Shown one piece after another: positions 49,674 through 61,517 of a stretch of 64,000 nt of DNA. The notes under the pieces are model-generated. The model was not told where the DNA came from. It ran no database searches and was given only the letters and a program-made list of their open reading frames with translations. The stretch spans positions 6,944,001-7,008,000 of the forward strand of contig CM060734.1 of assembly GCA_030704615.1 (NCBI GenBank). Reading direction: 5' to 3'. The translations under genes were made by a program, and so were the position numbers. Each line of letters opens with the position of its first letter. The stretch's first letter is position 1. The stretch comes from Takakia lepidozioides (Eukaryota; Plantae; Bryophyta).

Positions 49674-50252
49674 TCACCAAGTCGACGGAACTTCGATAGC
49701 CCTCAAAACAAGCTCATTACTGATGCGGCACCTGGAGGTAAACTGCAATGCGGTCGTTCTGGTGCCCTTGGTGGAGCTGATGACAATGTCATGCCCATCA
49801 ATGATACCACCATCATACATTGACAAGGTCATTGTGGGCCTCATGCGCCCGTGCGATTCGTCTTCGCAACTCGGCCGAATGTCTCCATACACTGGAAGAG
49901 CGGAGTGAACTCCACAAATATAGTTTTCCCCGGTGCCGTCCTCCCTGGTCCACTGGCAGCAGTTCCAGCGCCAATGCGAGGCCGTGCGTGATCTGTCCGG
50001 CATCCCATTCCAGCTTGGTATATCGAGGTCAACAATTTTCAGGACCCACGGACCGCATTGACCCTCGCCCTCACCTCGCTCAAAGCGGAAATAGCCCTCC
50101 AAATACTCCATTGTGCGCAAAGACTCCCGCTTGATTCCAGAAGCGTCAGTGAAAACAGAGAGCCAGACAATGATGTCTCCTGATTCTGGTTTGAACATAG
50201 CATAATCGTGGCCATGATAAGGGCAGTCATCAGGATTTCGGCGGCACGACAT
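49674..50252 (-). CDS. Unknown 192-aa protein, paralogue A
   Basis: Intact ORF, homologous along its length to 50811-51374; AATAAA downstream. Confidence 0.75.
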   Translation of the reverse strand: MSCRRNPDDCPYHGHDYAMFKPESGDIIVWLSVFTDASGIKRESLRTMEYLEGYFRFERGEGEGQCGPWVLKIVDLDIPSWNGMPDRSRTASHWRWNCCQWTREDGTGENYICGVHSALPVYGDIRPSCEDESHGRMRPTMTLSMYDGGIIDGHDIVISSTKGTRTTALQFTSRCRISNELVLRAIEVPSTW

Positions 50253-50810
50253 CCTTGAAAAAGATTAGCGGAGTACGCTCAATGACAGCAGCTCCCGGAT
50301 GGAGGAGGCAGCAACGTGGTGGCTGGAAGAAGTTCAAGCAAACGCTGCAATTCCTCACAAACACTCCAGGGCACATTTAAATCCCCCCCCCCTACAGGAA
50401 CCTGCACGGATGAAGATTGGCTGCTCCATGAATGTAGCCGTTTCAGTTTCCTTCCTTGCCATGCAAACTATGGGCAGTAAGTGTCAGGTGGGCCTATAGC
50501 CACTCGAGACGACGAAGTCCATCCCCCCTTCGATGTAAATGCGGCGCCAAATTTCCATCCGGGGGATGGACTTCGGTGGCAGATTTCAAACTATACCCCG
50601 TGGATGAGAAAGAGGTATCGGTTCATCCACCGCTGGCGTGATGAACACGTTACACGATGATTTGTGGGTACGTGGGACCCAGATGCTCCATTATTGGAGC
50701 CCGCACTGCTCGTCCGCTTCTCATCATTTCAAAAATCTAAGGGCTTCGTTGCTGTCCGCAAGGTCATTGTCATCGGCATCAAAGACGTCCTCAGGTCCTC
50801 ATTTGCAAGG

Positions 50811-51374
50811 ATGTCGTGCTTCCGGAACCGGGACGACTGTCCTTATGGAGGCTTCGATTATGCAATGTATTCGGCCACATCGGGAGACATCATTATCTGG
50901 TACACAGTTTACACAGAAGATACTGGTTTGAATGTGGAAACATTGTCCGCTTTTGAGTATATCCCAGGCCACTATGCCTTTGAGTGGGGTGACGATCTTG
51001 GTCTGAGGAGTCCGTGGCTCCTGCGCATCCTTGATTTCGATTTTCCCAGCTACGACGGGCACCCATGCAGAAGAATGCGCACTGCTATGCTGTTGCGGTG
51101 GAACTACTGCCAGTGGACGTGGGTGGACTCCATCGGACAGACGTATACTCCTGAAGGAGTGCGCTCTTCTTCTCCATTGTATGGGGACATTTGCATTGGT
51201 GTGGATGACGAAAACGTGAAGCTTTCCATATTCGATGGTGGTAGGATTGAAGGGCACGACATTGTGGTGAACATCAACAGGGGTGGTACAACGGCTGCAA
51301 TCCAGTTTACCTGGAGGAGCCCGATGACTCATGAGCTAGTTTTCAGAGCAGTCGAAGTCCCATTGACAACGTGA
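50811..51374 (+). CDS. Unknown 187-aa protein, paralogue B
   Basis: Intact ORF with the same start context caaggATGTCGTGC. Shared DDCPY, SGDII.W, PW.L.I.D, RWN.CQWT, YGDI, DGG.I.GHDIV, ELV.RA.EVP. Confidence 0.75.
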   Translation: MSCFRNRDDCPYGGFDYAMYSATSGDIIIWYTVYTEDTGLNVETLSAFEYIPGHYAFEWGDDLGLRSPWLLRILDFDFPSYDGHPCRRMRTAMLLRWNYCQWTWVDSIGQTYTPEGVRSSSPLYGDICIGVDDENVKLSIFDGGRIEGHDIVVNINRGGTTAAIQFTWRSPMTHELVFRAVEVPLTT

Positions 51375-53642
51375 CTTGTATTCAGAAGGCACAGGGCTAA
51401 AGATTTGCTTGCACAATCAGCATAGTAGACGTGCTTCAAATGCAATTCATGTGGATCAATAAAAACCTCATTGTGCCCTCTTTTGTTCTATTCTGTATCC
51501 ATCGTTCCTAGAATGCATCATTCCTCATTTCGTTTGGGATTGGGAGTGTGGGTGGATTTTGCAAGTGGCTGGTAGGCTGAAATGGGCCCTCATTCTACAT
51601 AGCAGTACCACCCTACCATTCGCGAAACATTGCCTTTCAATATGTAATTCTAGAAAACATTGCCGAACCTCCTTCATCGGGAGGTTCTTCTCCCCCTATG
51701 ACCGTGACACCCTCAACCCTATTCCCGCGGACACTCATTTCCGGAAAATAGTCCTGCTCATGTTTTTTTCGACACTTACGACTTTGCTCATGGCTCATGC
51801 CGCTCATGGCTCATGGCTCATGAAATAGAAGCCCCCCTTGTCTTTTCCCTATGAGACATTCACATCATTGTTTCAATGCTCCACCAATATGCAAATTATA
51901 CTACAAAATGAATTACACGTCTTACTCCATGATTATGTCACTCATCAATCTTGCATCCGAATTGCGTCAGAGATCAGAAGTTTAATGTAAAGTCTAAGGC
52001 AATAATAAACATGAAATGAGTACACTCATCTAGCACAATGGCAGCCAATATGATAAGGCCTTTTTTAATTGAAATATATGGAGGGATGTTGTAATTCACC
52101 ATGGTCACCGGCCAAGTGAAATGACTACATGACTGGACAGAGAATGGGTTGACCCCATCCAAGGAGAAGCCGAGGTGGTCATGTCGTGGGTCCTCCAAGA
52201 GAAAAGGCCACATCTCTTCATTATGCCTCCATGCTTGTGAATCTTGTGGCCCGCACACCTTTCCCGGGGGGCTCCGATGCGAGGCGTGCCATCTCATGAG
52301 TCTGGCCAATTCGGGGCTTCGGTACTGTGCCCTCAATCGCGGGATGATCGGAAAGTAATGCATTTTCTAGGATGAAATACCCCACGCCCCCCACATGTAA
52401 TCATCCCATTAGCACACATAATACAACACCCTTATGCCTTTCCCTTTATGCAGCCTCTCCCTCATTTGGGTGTGAATGGTCAAAACCGAACGTCGCTCCT
52501 TCCACTCCTCACTCAATCCTTCCAAAACCACAATCAGAGCTTGCATGAGTACTACTCTCTAAACCCTAAACTTTGTGGAATACACTTTACATACATTGAG
52601 AAGATTAAATAAAGTAATCTCCATGCGAGGGGGAATGGCGCTTATACCTTGCGTGGTACTTTTTTCCCTTGGACATCATCCCGATATCGGTCTTTCTTGC
52701 ACTTTGGGCACTTGGTGAGATGCGAATCCTCTCCGTAGTATAGGGTTTTATCACATGGACATGCATGAAAAATCTTACAGCCCATCCCCACAGAGTCCAA
52801 GACTTCACGCGTCTCTTTCCGCGACCGTGGCATCTTGGGTTTCAAGTGTGGAGCAAAGATATAGTCTGCAATAGTTTGCATTATGGCAGATATCCCAACA
52901 TTACTTATGCCAAATCGAATTTGAAGATTGAGCAAAAGTAAGATTGTTGAAAGTCGACTCACTTTCGCCCCTTCGTACAAGGGAGTTCTCGCCTCCCTCT
53001 CCATGTCATTTGAGGGGGCCATTTCAGGATCATCGATTGGCCGGGTTCCCTCTTCATGGGATGCATCAGCGCCCACATGATGCATTAAGAGATCCTCCAT
53101 GGCTTCCACATCCTCCTGGTTAATTCCATGCTCATTGTTGTTGTCACTGTCACTGTCACTGTCACTGTCATCGTCATCATCGTCCGGTACCATGGGGGCG
53201 GCGTCTCGCCCACGGCTCCCGCCTGATGTACTTGGGTTGTTTTCAGATGGGGTGCCAAGAGAAAAGACCGGGAAGGATGGACAAAGTCCTGATACGAACA
53301 AATGAACATAGGGACATATATTATAATGTGTCATTGCAACCATACACTTCATTATAAGCGAAATGCAAACAACAACCTTCAATGCCGTTTGTTGGGTGCA
53401 ATGGCACGAGAGGATTTTCTTTCACTAATAAACAAAAATTGGTTGATAGGGTGAATGCGTCATTGGGGGGGCAAATGATTTTGTTTGGGTTTGAAACTTT
53501 GCATGCACGTACGTTGCGCACATACATGTAATTATTGAATGACATATTTGATGCACACATGGCTCAAGCTTCATTTTTTCCTACATGTGCTTAAACATGT
53601 GTGCAACACCTGTACAAAGATCCAGCAGAAAACCGAGAGAAA

Positions 53643-53645
53643 AAG

Positions 53646-53704
<59 letters not shown>
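53643..53704. repeat. Poly(A) run of about 60 bp
   Basis: Direct observation. Confidence 0.95.
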
Positions 53705-53708
<4 letters not shown>

Positions 53709-54393
53709 CCCAACGACGCACTCACCCTTGCACCAATTTTGAATTAAATCGAATTTAAATGAATTTAAAATAAATATTTGCATTTAGAAAATATATGATT
53801 GCGGTTTTGAGGGGCATAATGATTTTATTTTTAGCTCTATTTTGTTCTGTGACAATTAGCTTTGCACCACTACATCCATGCAAAAAATGGGACAAAATAA
53901 AAATGGAAAATATATATATATGTTTCTAGGGTCACTTTTGCAGAACTCTCTATGAAGAGTGCATAAAGTTGAAGATAACTCAACTTTGGAGTGCAAATGA
54001 GAGAAGAAAATCTGGTTATGGGTCCAAATGACTTTTGTTTACTCCCAAATTTTGCACGCACATTGCATATGCTATCATTAAGCATATGGCTTGAAAATGG
54101 AATTAAAAATAAAACATCGGCAGACGAAACACAATTTTCCGTCTCTATGAGACGTAGTTGCGTTCAACACTAGAATGACCCATTGAATCAACTTGGTTCA
54201 AGCTCATATTTGGTCCACATGTGCATAAGTATGTTTAGATCACATATGCAAAGTTGCAACCCACACGAACAACAAGAATTTTCTTTACATCAATCGATTA
54301 ATCGGATGTATACAAAGTACATCATGAGAATATCTACAATGCCCCTCTACGCGATCCCTGTCTCAAAGGAACCCTATTTCTATCATACACATC

Positions 54394-55285
54394 CTACTCA
54401 CGCTGTAATCGGAGGTCCCAATCATCCCGGGAGAACTCGTATGATGCAAATAGTTCGCTGTCAGCCCTAATAGTCCTACTAGCACATGTCATCACAAACA
54501 TGTGCATCCCCTCACAGTATACTGACGTATGACCACAAAAGCTCTCATGCCCATTGCTTCGCTCGTCCCATACTACATTGGTTCTCCTAGGATGACCAAA
54601 AGAACTATTGACCAGCCCAGCAACATTGCCGAAGATGTCGGGGTCACCATCACAAAATCTGATCTCAATGGGAGATGTAGGGTAGGATGTATGGGGCTTC
54701 GAGGCGTAATGTACGGAACTCCGCGGAGGTGTAGTATGGACCGTAGTAGGGAAACAAGTCCACCATGTTGTTTCTCCGAGGAGGAACCACAATATCATTG
54801 ACCGTGAATAAACCCCGACCCATAGCAGGGTCTGTAGCGGCTCTCACAACATACCGTCTCCCCCAATACTCGAACTCCACATTTTCTCGGATGGGGGTGG
54901 GAGGGTCGAGATGATTCCCCCAACAACGAGGCTGGACGGTCCCCAGTAATATAGTCCTATGCTCTGCCATGCCAGGGAATTGGCTGGTGGGTCCCTCTCT
55001 CTCCCATTGGGGGCGAGGATCCGGCTCAGGCCGCCCAAGCCGAAGGGGAGGAAACCTAGGGCGAAGCCGACCCTCCTAGGGGTTCGGGGGGCACATGCAC
55101 GTGGAGGTGGAGGTGGAGGTGGTACTGCTGGCGGAGGAGATGAAAGTGGAGGTGGTTGAGGATGTAATGTCGGAGGTGCAGCCGGGGGTACAACGTCCGG
55201 ATCAGGTACTACGGAGGTGGATCAGGCAAAGAAACAGACCGGGGGGGGGGGGAGGCCACAATCAGGGGGACCGCCTGAGGAAACT

Positions 55286-55318
<33 letters not shown>

Positions 55319-56056
55319 TGCTCGTCGCCGGCCATAACGCCTACGACACCTACGATACCCCTCGACCCTCCGCATCTCATCTACGTGCCACTGGGGGAAC
55401 CAACTGGTCACATCGGGCACATGCTCTGGCGCAAATTCTGCAAGTAGACCGGCGCGAAATGCCTCCTATGCAATGTGATTGCGAGCTTGGGCATCAAGTC
55501 GTGGTTGCAATGTGTGTAGTGAACGACGCATCAATACTTATGTTGTAATTTTGATTCATGTATGCTTACCAATCATACTATATTATTAGATAAACCTAAA
55601 TGTACCTTAAATGAATGTTAATGAGAGGGGTGGGAAAAACACTCACCTTTGCCGCATCCGCAATCTTGTTCTTCTTGTAATGTTTTTCGACAACATGCGG
55701 TCGCCGCCTCGGTGGTCTGGTGCCGCCCAGCGGTATCTGTTCCCAACACTTAGTGCACCAACACTCAATCCTGTCGGGAGGGGGGGGGGGGGGGGGGTCA
55801 AAGGTGGACGTGGTTGGACGGGTGGCCCGCGAGGGGGCAACCCGCGGCGCGCCCGACTCAATCCCGGAGTGTCAACATCCTCCGCATCACCTGAAATTTG
55901 GCCCCGGTCCCTTCTACGATTGTGCCCGGCAGCCTGTATTGGATCAGGTGCAATGGGTGGCTCCTCGCCACGAAAAATGGTCGCTCTAGGGCCACAATCG
56001 ATATGTGGTACTACCTCCCCATCCTCGAGGGAGACGGGTCGATGTTTCCTCACCAT
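54394..56056 (-). pseudogene. SET-domain gene inside the CACTA (Pro/Arg-rich N-term, intron about 55467-55646, SET about 54420-54860; frameshift near 54680)
   Basis: MGRGLF..NDI, PYYG, GNVAGLVNSS...TN and ASRTIRADSELFASY match SET motifs GxGL, YxG, xxNHSxxPN and ELxxDY in order. Confidence 0.75.
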
Positions 56057-57334
56057 CGCATCCTAATTAACACACATCATCAACACTTTCATTTCTCAAA
56101 AACCGTTGGCAAAAAAACCCTATGCCTCAGCCTCAGGGCTTTCAAAATTGGCAACCAAAGGCGGAGCATCCCTATGGTGCTAGAGCCCAAGACAATAAAT
56201 CCTTCCTCTTGTTCTATCTTCAGGATGCCTACACCATGGAAAAATTTGTTGAGACCCAGCGCTTTGCGATTATCAGATTGAACCACATTTTGGGTATGTG
56301 AATCCTTATTACACCGTTTATCTAACCCCAAGACCCACAACCAAAACCGCCAATCCAAAACCCAGCACCATAAAAAAAATCAAACACCCTAACCCAGTAC
56401 CATATGAAAAAGAAAAAGAAAAAGAAAAACTAAGAAACCCAAAAGGCCCTAAACCCTAAACCCAGATAGGCCGGCCGTCGCCTCCTGCGACACCCTCGCG
56501 TCGCATTTGACGACGAGTTTTTTTCATTTTTTTTACCTGGGGGTCGTAACCCACGACGGACAGCCGTCGTGGGGGGCGACGTGTTTTTATTTATTTATGG
56601 GGCCGGGGGTCGCAAGCAACAACGGCCGGCCGTCGCAAATATCATTTTTACATTTTAAAAAAAAGGCGGGGCGCAGGCGTGCGACGGCCGGGCGTCGCAC
56701 GTAGGCGCCGCGCCTTTTTTTTTCCCTAAGTGCTTGAAGCATCTCTTTCCCCTCCCGTTTTCGTTTGTTCTTTGGGAGAGAGGTAGTTCAGAGAGTGGGG
56801 TTTAGGGTGGAGGAGAAACGCACCTGCTGCTGAGCCCGAGGTGATTGCAAGGCCCCAAGGAGTTTGCCCCAACGCCGCTCCAACGCCCAAGGTAAGCACC
56901 GCCTCCTCCCTCTCTTTTTGTCTTGCTTTCTTGCCCTAAGCACGGGCTGATGTCTCTCTCCCCTGTGTGGTAGGAATGCCGCGCAGAGGCGCGACCTAAC
57001 GAGCTGAAGAGAGAGAGAGCCGTGGTGAGCGGGGGAGAGATGCCCTACAGTGCGGGGACCCATGCAGCTGGCAGCCGCGACAGCACCGCAGCAGCTCGCT
57101 TCAAGCTCCAGCAGCAGCAGAGGTACGTCAGGGAAATTGCACTCTCCCTTTCCTCTCTGCTTCTGTTTACTGCTCAAAGGTAGTCTTCCTGCTTTGAGTT
57201 TAAATTTAGGTCTGGTGCCAAGAGTAGGATAGACCCTTGAGCGCATCCATGATGTCCTCCCCCATGTCACAGACTGGAAACAGGTTCAGGGAAGTTTTCT
57301 TCCTAACTTCCTTTTCATCGGACAATTTTCTGAT

Positions 57335-58253
57335 AACAGACATGGCTTTGGACACTACACTCTCTAAGTCAGGTTTATCCAGCAAGGTCAAGACTTGCGG
57401 GTCCAGATTCAGATCCTTGAGTATCTCTTCTACTCTCTTCTCCTAGGGCTTACCCTGTTTGACAGGGCGGTCTTGTTTCCAAGATATATAGTCGATTAAC
57501 TTAGGATATCTGGTGTTGGACATATGTTGCAACTGAACCCACCATCTGACCTTGAATTTATCTCGAAGAGAGGGACAGAGAGAGGGAGTGAGAGGGAGAC
57601 ATCAGGGGGCAACAAAGAAAAGAAAAGAAGGTGGGGGGGGGAGTGATTGAGCAGTTGCTGCTGCTCAGTCACTCCCCCCCCCACATTTTTTTTTTTTCTT
57701 TGTTGCCCCCTCTCTTGGGGAAACAAAAGGGACAGATCCTACCTCTGTCAGGGGCTGACGTTGGTAGTAAGACTTACCTTCACATATAGAATTAATCCGG
57801 GTTTTCCAGATATCCTCTACAAATCCCTTCACACAAGCATCAATCTGTTGTGTGTGAGTTGCCCAAAAACTAGGCCTCGGAAGGGGCTGGGCTTTTGGCT
57901 CAGCCTCGACTTTTTCAAAATTAATAAACAGAGGTACATGCACAATTCCCTTGATAGATTTGAAGAGAGCGTCTCTTTGGTGAGAGAACCCCGGATAGTA
58001 TATCAGAAAATGAATAATGTCTTTAGTTGCCCACAGACATGGTTGGACACTACAACCTCTAAGTCAGATTTATCTAGCAGGGTGAAGACTTACAGTTCCA
58101 GGTCCAGGTCCTTGAGAATCTCTTCTACTGTCTTCTGCCAGGAGTTAGCCTGTTTGACAAGTCGGTGGGCGGTCCTGTTTCCAATATATAAAGTCGATTA
58201 ACTTGGGATATCTGGTGTTGGACATATGCTGCAGCTGACCCCACCATCTGACC
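57335..58253. repeat. Diverged direct repeat of about 220 bp (57335-57552 and 58033-58253) in CACTA cargo
   Basis: Colinear from acagacatgg..ggacactaca to cccaccatctgacct. Confidence 0.85.
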
Positions 58254-58369
58254 TCCCCCCCCCCCCAACCCTTTTTTTTTCATTGTTGCCCCCTCTCTCC
58301 CTCTGTCTCCCTCTCTACTGGGAATTGGCAGTTTGCTGTTGATTTCTTGTTTTCTCATCCTCTATCAGG

Positions 58370-58890
58370 CTTTTTTATCCATACCGGATGAGCCACCAAG
58401 ATGGACACTGAATTACCTCTAGGATGGATCTTTTGGCTTTTTCATTCCTCCTTTATTGACTCTCATCCATACAGGATAAGTCACCATGGAAGAAAAAAAT
58501 TACCTCTATGGAGGTTGCCAACAGCATCCTGTTTTTCCATCCGTACCGGTTGAAAAACTACCAGGATGATAATTTTTCATTCCTCTTTTATTGACTCTTT
58601 TTATCCATACCGGATGGTCTGGTGAGGAATGATAGAATTACCTAGATGGAGGTAAGACGCTGCCACGGATGATATTCCCTACTTTTTCATCCTGACACAA
58701 GTGATATGTCTATGGATGATGTGATTATGGCCTGGAATTGATCTTTACTACCCCTAATTATGATTAATTACGGTGGAAACCCTAACCCCTACCCCAAAAC
58801 CTATTTTTAACCTTGCTGCGGATGAAATCCGTTAGGGTATACGGATGTGTCCTACTGTTTTCATCCACGGATGAATAATCGGGGGACAAA
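58370..58890. repeat. Degenerate tandem repeats with ATCC..GGAT quasi-palindromes and AATTACCT
   Basis: atccataccggatg at about 58377, 58465 and 58603; catccacggatg at 58862. Confidence 0.65.
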
Positions 58891-61517
58891 AAACCCTATG
58901 TCGTCTCTCCCGTTGTCAGAAGCACGCGATGTGCTTCTAAGCTTGCGAGGAGAGTGTTATGGCGGACGTGCTTCGGTGGCTGCCCCGTTTGTGGTGTCGT
59001 ACCCATGCTGGACGAGCGCCTGGGGGGCCGCGAAGGCGGCGCCTTGTCTCTCTTGCAGCGGGGAACACCGCTATGAATGCAGTGGCATCTTCCCTCCTCT
59101 GGCTTTTTCTGTGCTTAGCAAGGATGCTTATGATGGGGAAGTTTTCTCCCTCCTTTCTAGTGCCTTGCGATTGTGCCTGCTTTGCTTCATTGCTTATGTG
59201 CTTTGTGGAGGTGGCTTGCTGCGGGTGGTGATGGCGCATAACCCTCTTCCCCAATCGCTTAAGGTGCCTTTGGAGTTTAGGGATTCTCATGTTCTTATCT
59301 CTTTCTCTTGCTTTTGAGTTTCCTAGTTGACATCGATGACAAGTGTGAGGGTATGTGATTCACCTGGGGTTCCACAATCCTCACTAACCTGTTGGTTTTT
59401 TTGGGGGCTTGTGATGGGACCAGGTGAGGATCCTCACCTACTCTGAAGTTTCTTGAGCATGCAGATTGGGATATGGGCTGAGGAGACCTAGGGGTTTGTG
59501 CGCTGTGAGGTGGCTGCTACCTGCAGCCCCAATTTCAACCCGACTGCCCCTAGCATGACATGCTACAGCCTGCGTTTTGGCCTTTGTCGTTCTGCCGCCG
59601 ATGCGCAGCCCGGCCTGACTGGCCTGTTTCCTGAGGCTTGCATACAAACCATACCCTACCTTTTGATCTTTGACAGTAAAGCCTGTGGATTATTAAGCTA
59701 GGTTGTAAGTTCTTTTGGCCAAAGAGGATCTAGTTTTTGGTGGTATGTTTTTGGCGGTTTGGGTATCTATGGACCTAGTGGCCTTGAAGTTTAAGGCGGC
59801 AGCCTGGTAGGGTACTGCCCTCCTCCTTTTCAGGCCTACTTCTGATGTGTACTGGATCGTAGTAAGGTGTTCTTTACATGTCTTAGCATGGAACTCTTGA
59901 AGGATGAGGATGGTAAGCTGCAATGGGATCCTACCTATAGTTTTGGATCTGTCATGACATCAGGCCTATGACCTGCAATCTGGTTTTTTATATACAAAAG
60001 AGGCTGGATCTCGGCTGTTCATACTGCTTGTTGGTAGAAGTCTTGAACCTGCAATTTGACAAGCTGCATTCACATTCCCTTGATACCTTGTATGATGCCT
60101 TGACAAACACGAATCCACACACAAGTGGGGCGCCGGCGGATCCAAGGGTTTTATCTTGCGATTTGTAAGTCGTACTTCCCTATGGATTTTATTATGTCTT
60201 CTTTCTGGCTCCATCATCGCGAAGAACTGACTTTAATTTGTGGCATGTGTAGCAACGCGCGTTTGAGAGGAAGCCATCTCCGGTAGAGTACAACTACACC
60301 AAGGAGCATGGTTGGCAATCCCTCATGAAGAACATGGCCAACACGGAGGGGATGAGTGCACTACAGGGCACTAGTATGGATGAGGTCGGGGGTCATGGCC
60401 AGGGATTGGATGAGAGCTCTGTGGGACTTAGGGGAACGCCGCCTCATTTAGGTGCTTTGGCAAAGGGCGCGGAGTCATCAGGCTCATCGGATAGCTCTTA
60501 GTCCTCCACTGAGGATAAGGATGAGGATGACTAGTCCTAGTCCATGTAGGTCCCAAGGTCAGCCTACTGAACCCTTGTGAGCTTTTCAGCTCATTTCCTG
60601 TAAATATATTTCCATCTTTCCATCTTCCATCTTATTCATGTGTCGCACCGTCCTCACCCTCAATTCATGCTTGCTCAATTGTGTACCTGCTAAATTAGAG
60701 AAATGGAACTGTAAGGTCTCCCATCCCCAAATACAAAACCAGGCAAAAAACAAAAAACCACCCCCAATTCATCCCCAAAATCAACCCCCAACCCCCCCCC
60801 TCCACCAGGCTGCCCTCGCGACTGCAGGACGTCGCCAATGGCGACGTGTTTTTTGGGCGAGGGTCGCACGCCGCGACAGTCGAGCGACGCCAATCCCATT
60901 TGCGGGCGGCAACCCCCGACACCCCCTGCGACGTGTTTTTTTGGTCCGGGGGTCAAAAACCGCGGTGGGGGCACCGGTGCGGCGTCGCATCCATTTTTTT
61001 TTTCTAACCTGCCCGGGAGTCCCATCATAAAACCCAAAAACACATGGCGTAAGCCGGGTGGTACGCCAAGCGACTATTGGGCGTGGCAAAAAAAAATAGC
61101 AGGAGCAGGAGTCAGGCTCCGCCACGCCCGGGCGTGGGTTTTGGCGACGCTCTGGCGTCGTTTTTTTTAATATATAATATTTATAAAAAAACATGGCGCA
61201 GGCAGGGTGGCGGGCTACGCGACGCCAGGAACGCCGTCGGCTAGAGGGCCACGATGGCAAGACGTCGCTCGACGGAGGCCCCTGCCATCGGCGTGGACGG
61301 CCTGAAAAGCAACGTCCGGCAGTCGCGGGAGTTGGGGGCGGGGGCTCGCGACCCCCATACGTCGCATTTTTGCGACGTCATTTTGGCGATGCCCATGCAA
61401 CTGCCGGGCGACGGCCGAGCATTGCAAATTATGCGCTTGCCGCGTGCCCGAAAAGGGCATTTTCCCGACGCTGCGGCGTGGCTCGGGCATCGCAAAGGCC
61501 CCCCTTTTCCTGTAGTG

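Larger units (their letters stand above)
46913..51836. mobile_element. Mutator-like non-autonomous element (about 4.9 kb) inside a CACTA transposase exon
   Basis: Inverted CTATTTCATGAGC/GCTCATGAAATAG with ATGAGCC subterminal repeats. TSD of 9-10 bp CTTGT(T/C)TTT at 46904 and 51837. Removal restores ag|GKRQVANMDTY. Confidence 0.8.
44148..53300 (-). pseudogene. CACTA TnpD-type transposase, multi-exon, disrupted
   Basis: HACP..C..C (52645-53000), YFPIIPRL..DGVNPF..WPV..NYNIPP (52030-52366), YLRPLVDELKELW..WTMHDY (46750-46900), DPMHIEKN, LKSHDYH, FFDIQVHLVVHL, RWMYFFERYM, DEPF..QVFF. Confidence 0.93.
43283..61517 (-). mobile_element. CACTA/En-Spm element, 18235 bp, inserted in LINE copy 2
   Basis: Termini CACTACA... 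and ...TGTAGTG, TSD TCT on both sides, GCGAC/GTCGC subterminal repeat fields; the LINE sequence is colinear across it. Confidence 0.95.

Noticed and set aside
50664-50810. GTG-initiated extension of paralogue B
   Set aside because: Homology with paralogue A begins at the ATG at 50811.
53539-53783. Poly-Lys/poly-Phe ORFs
   Set aside because: Translations of a homopolymer run.
56445-56465. Telomere or interstitial telomeric array
   Set aside because: Only about two CCCTAAA units.
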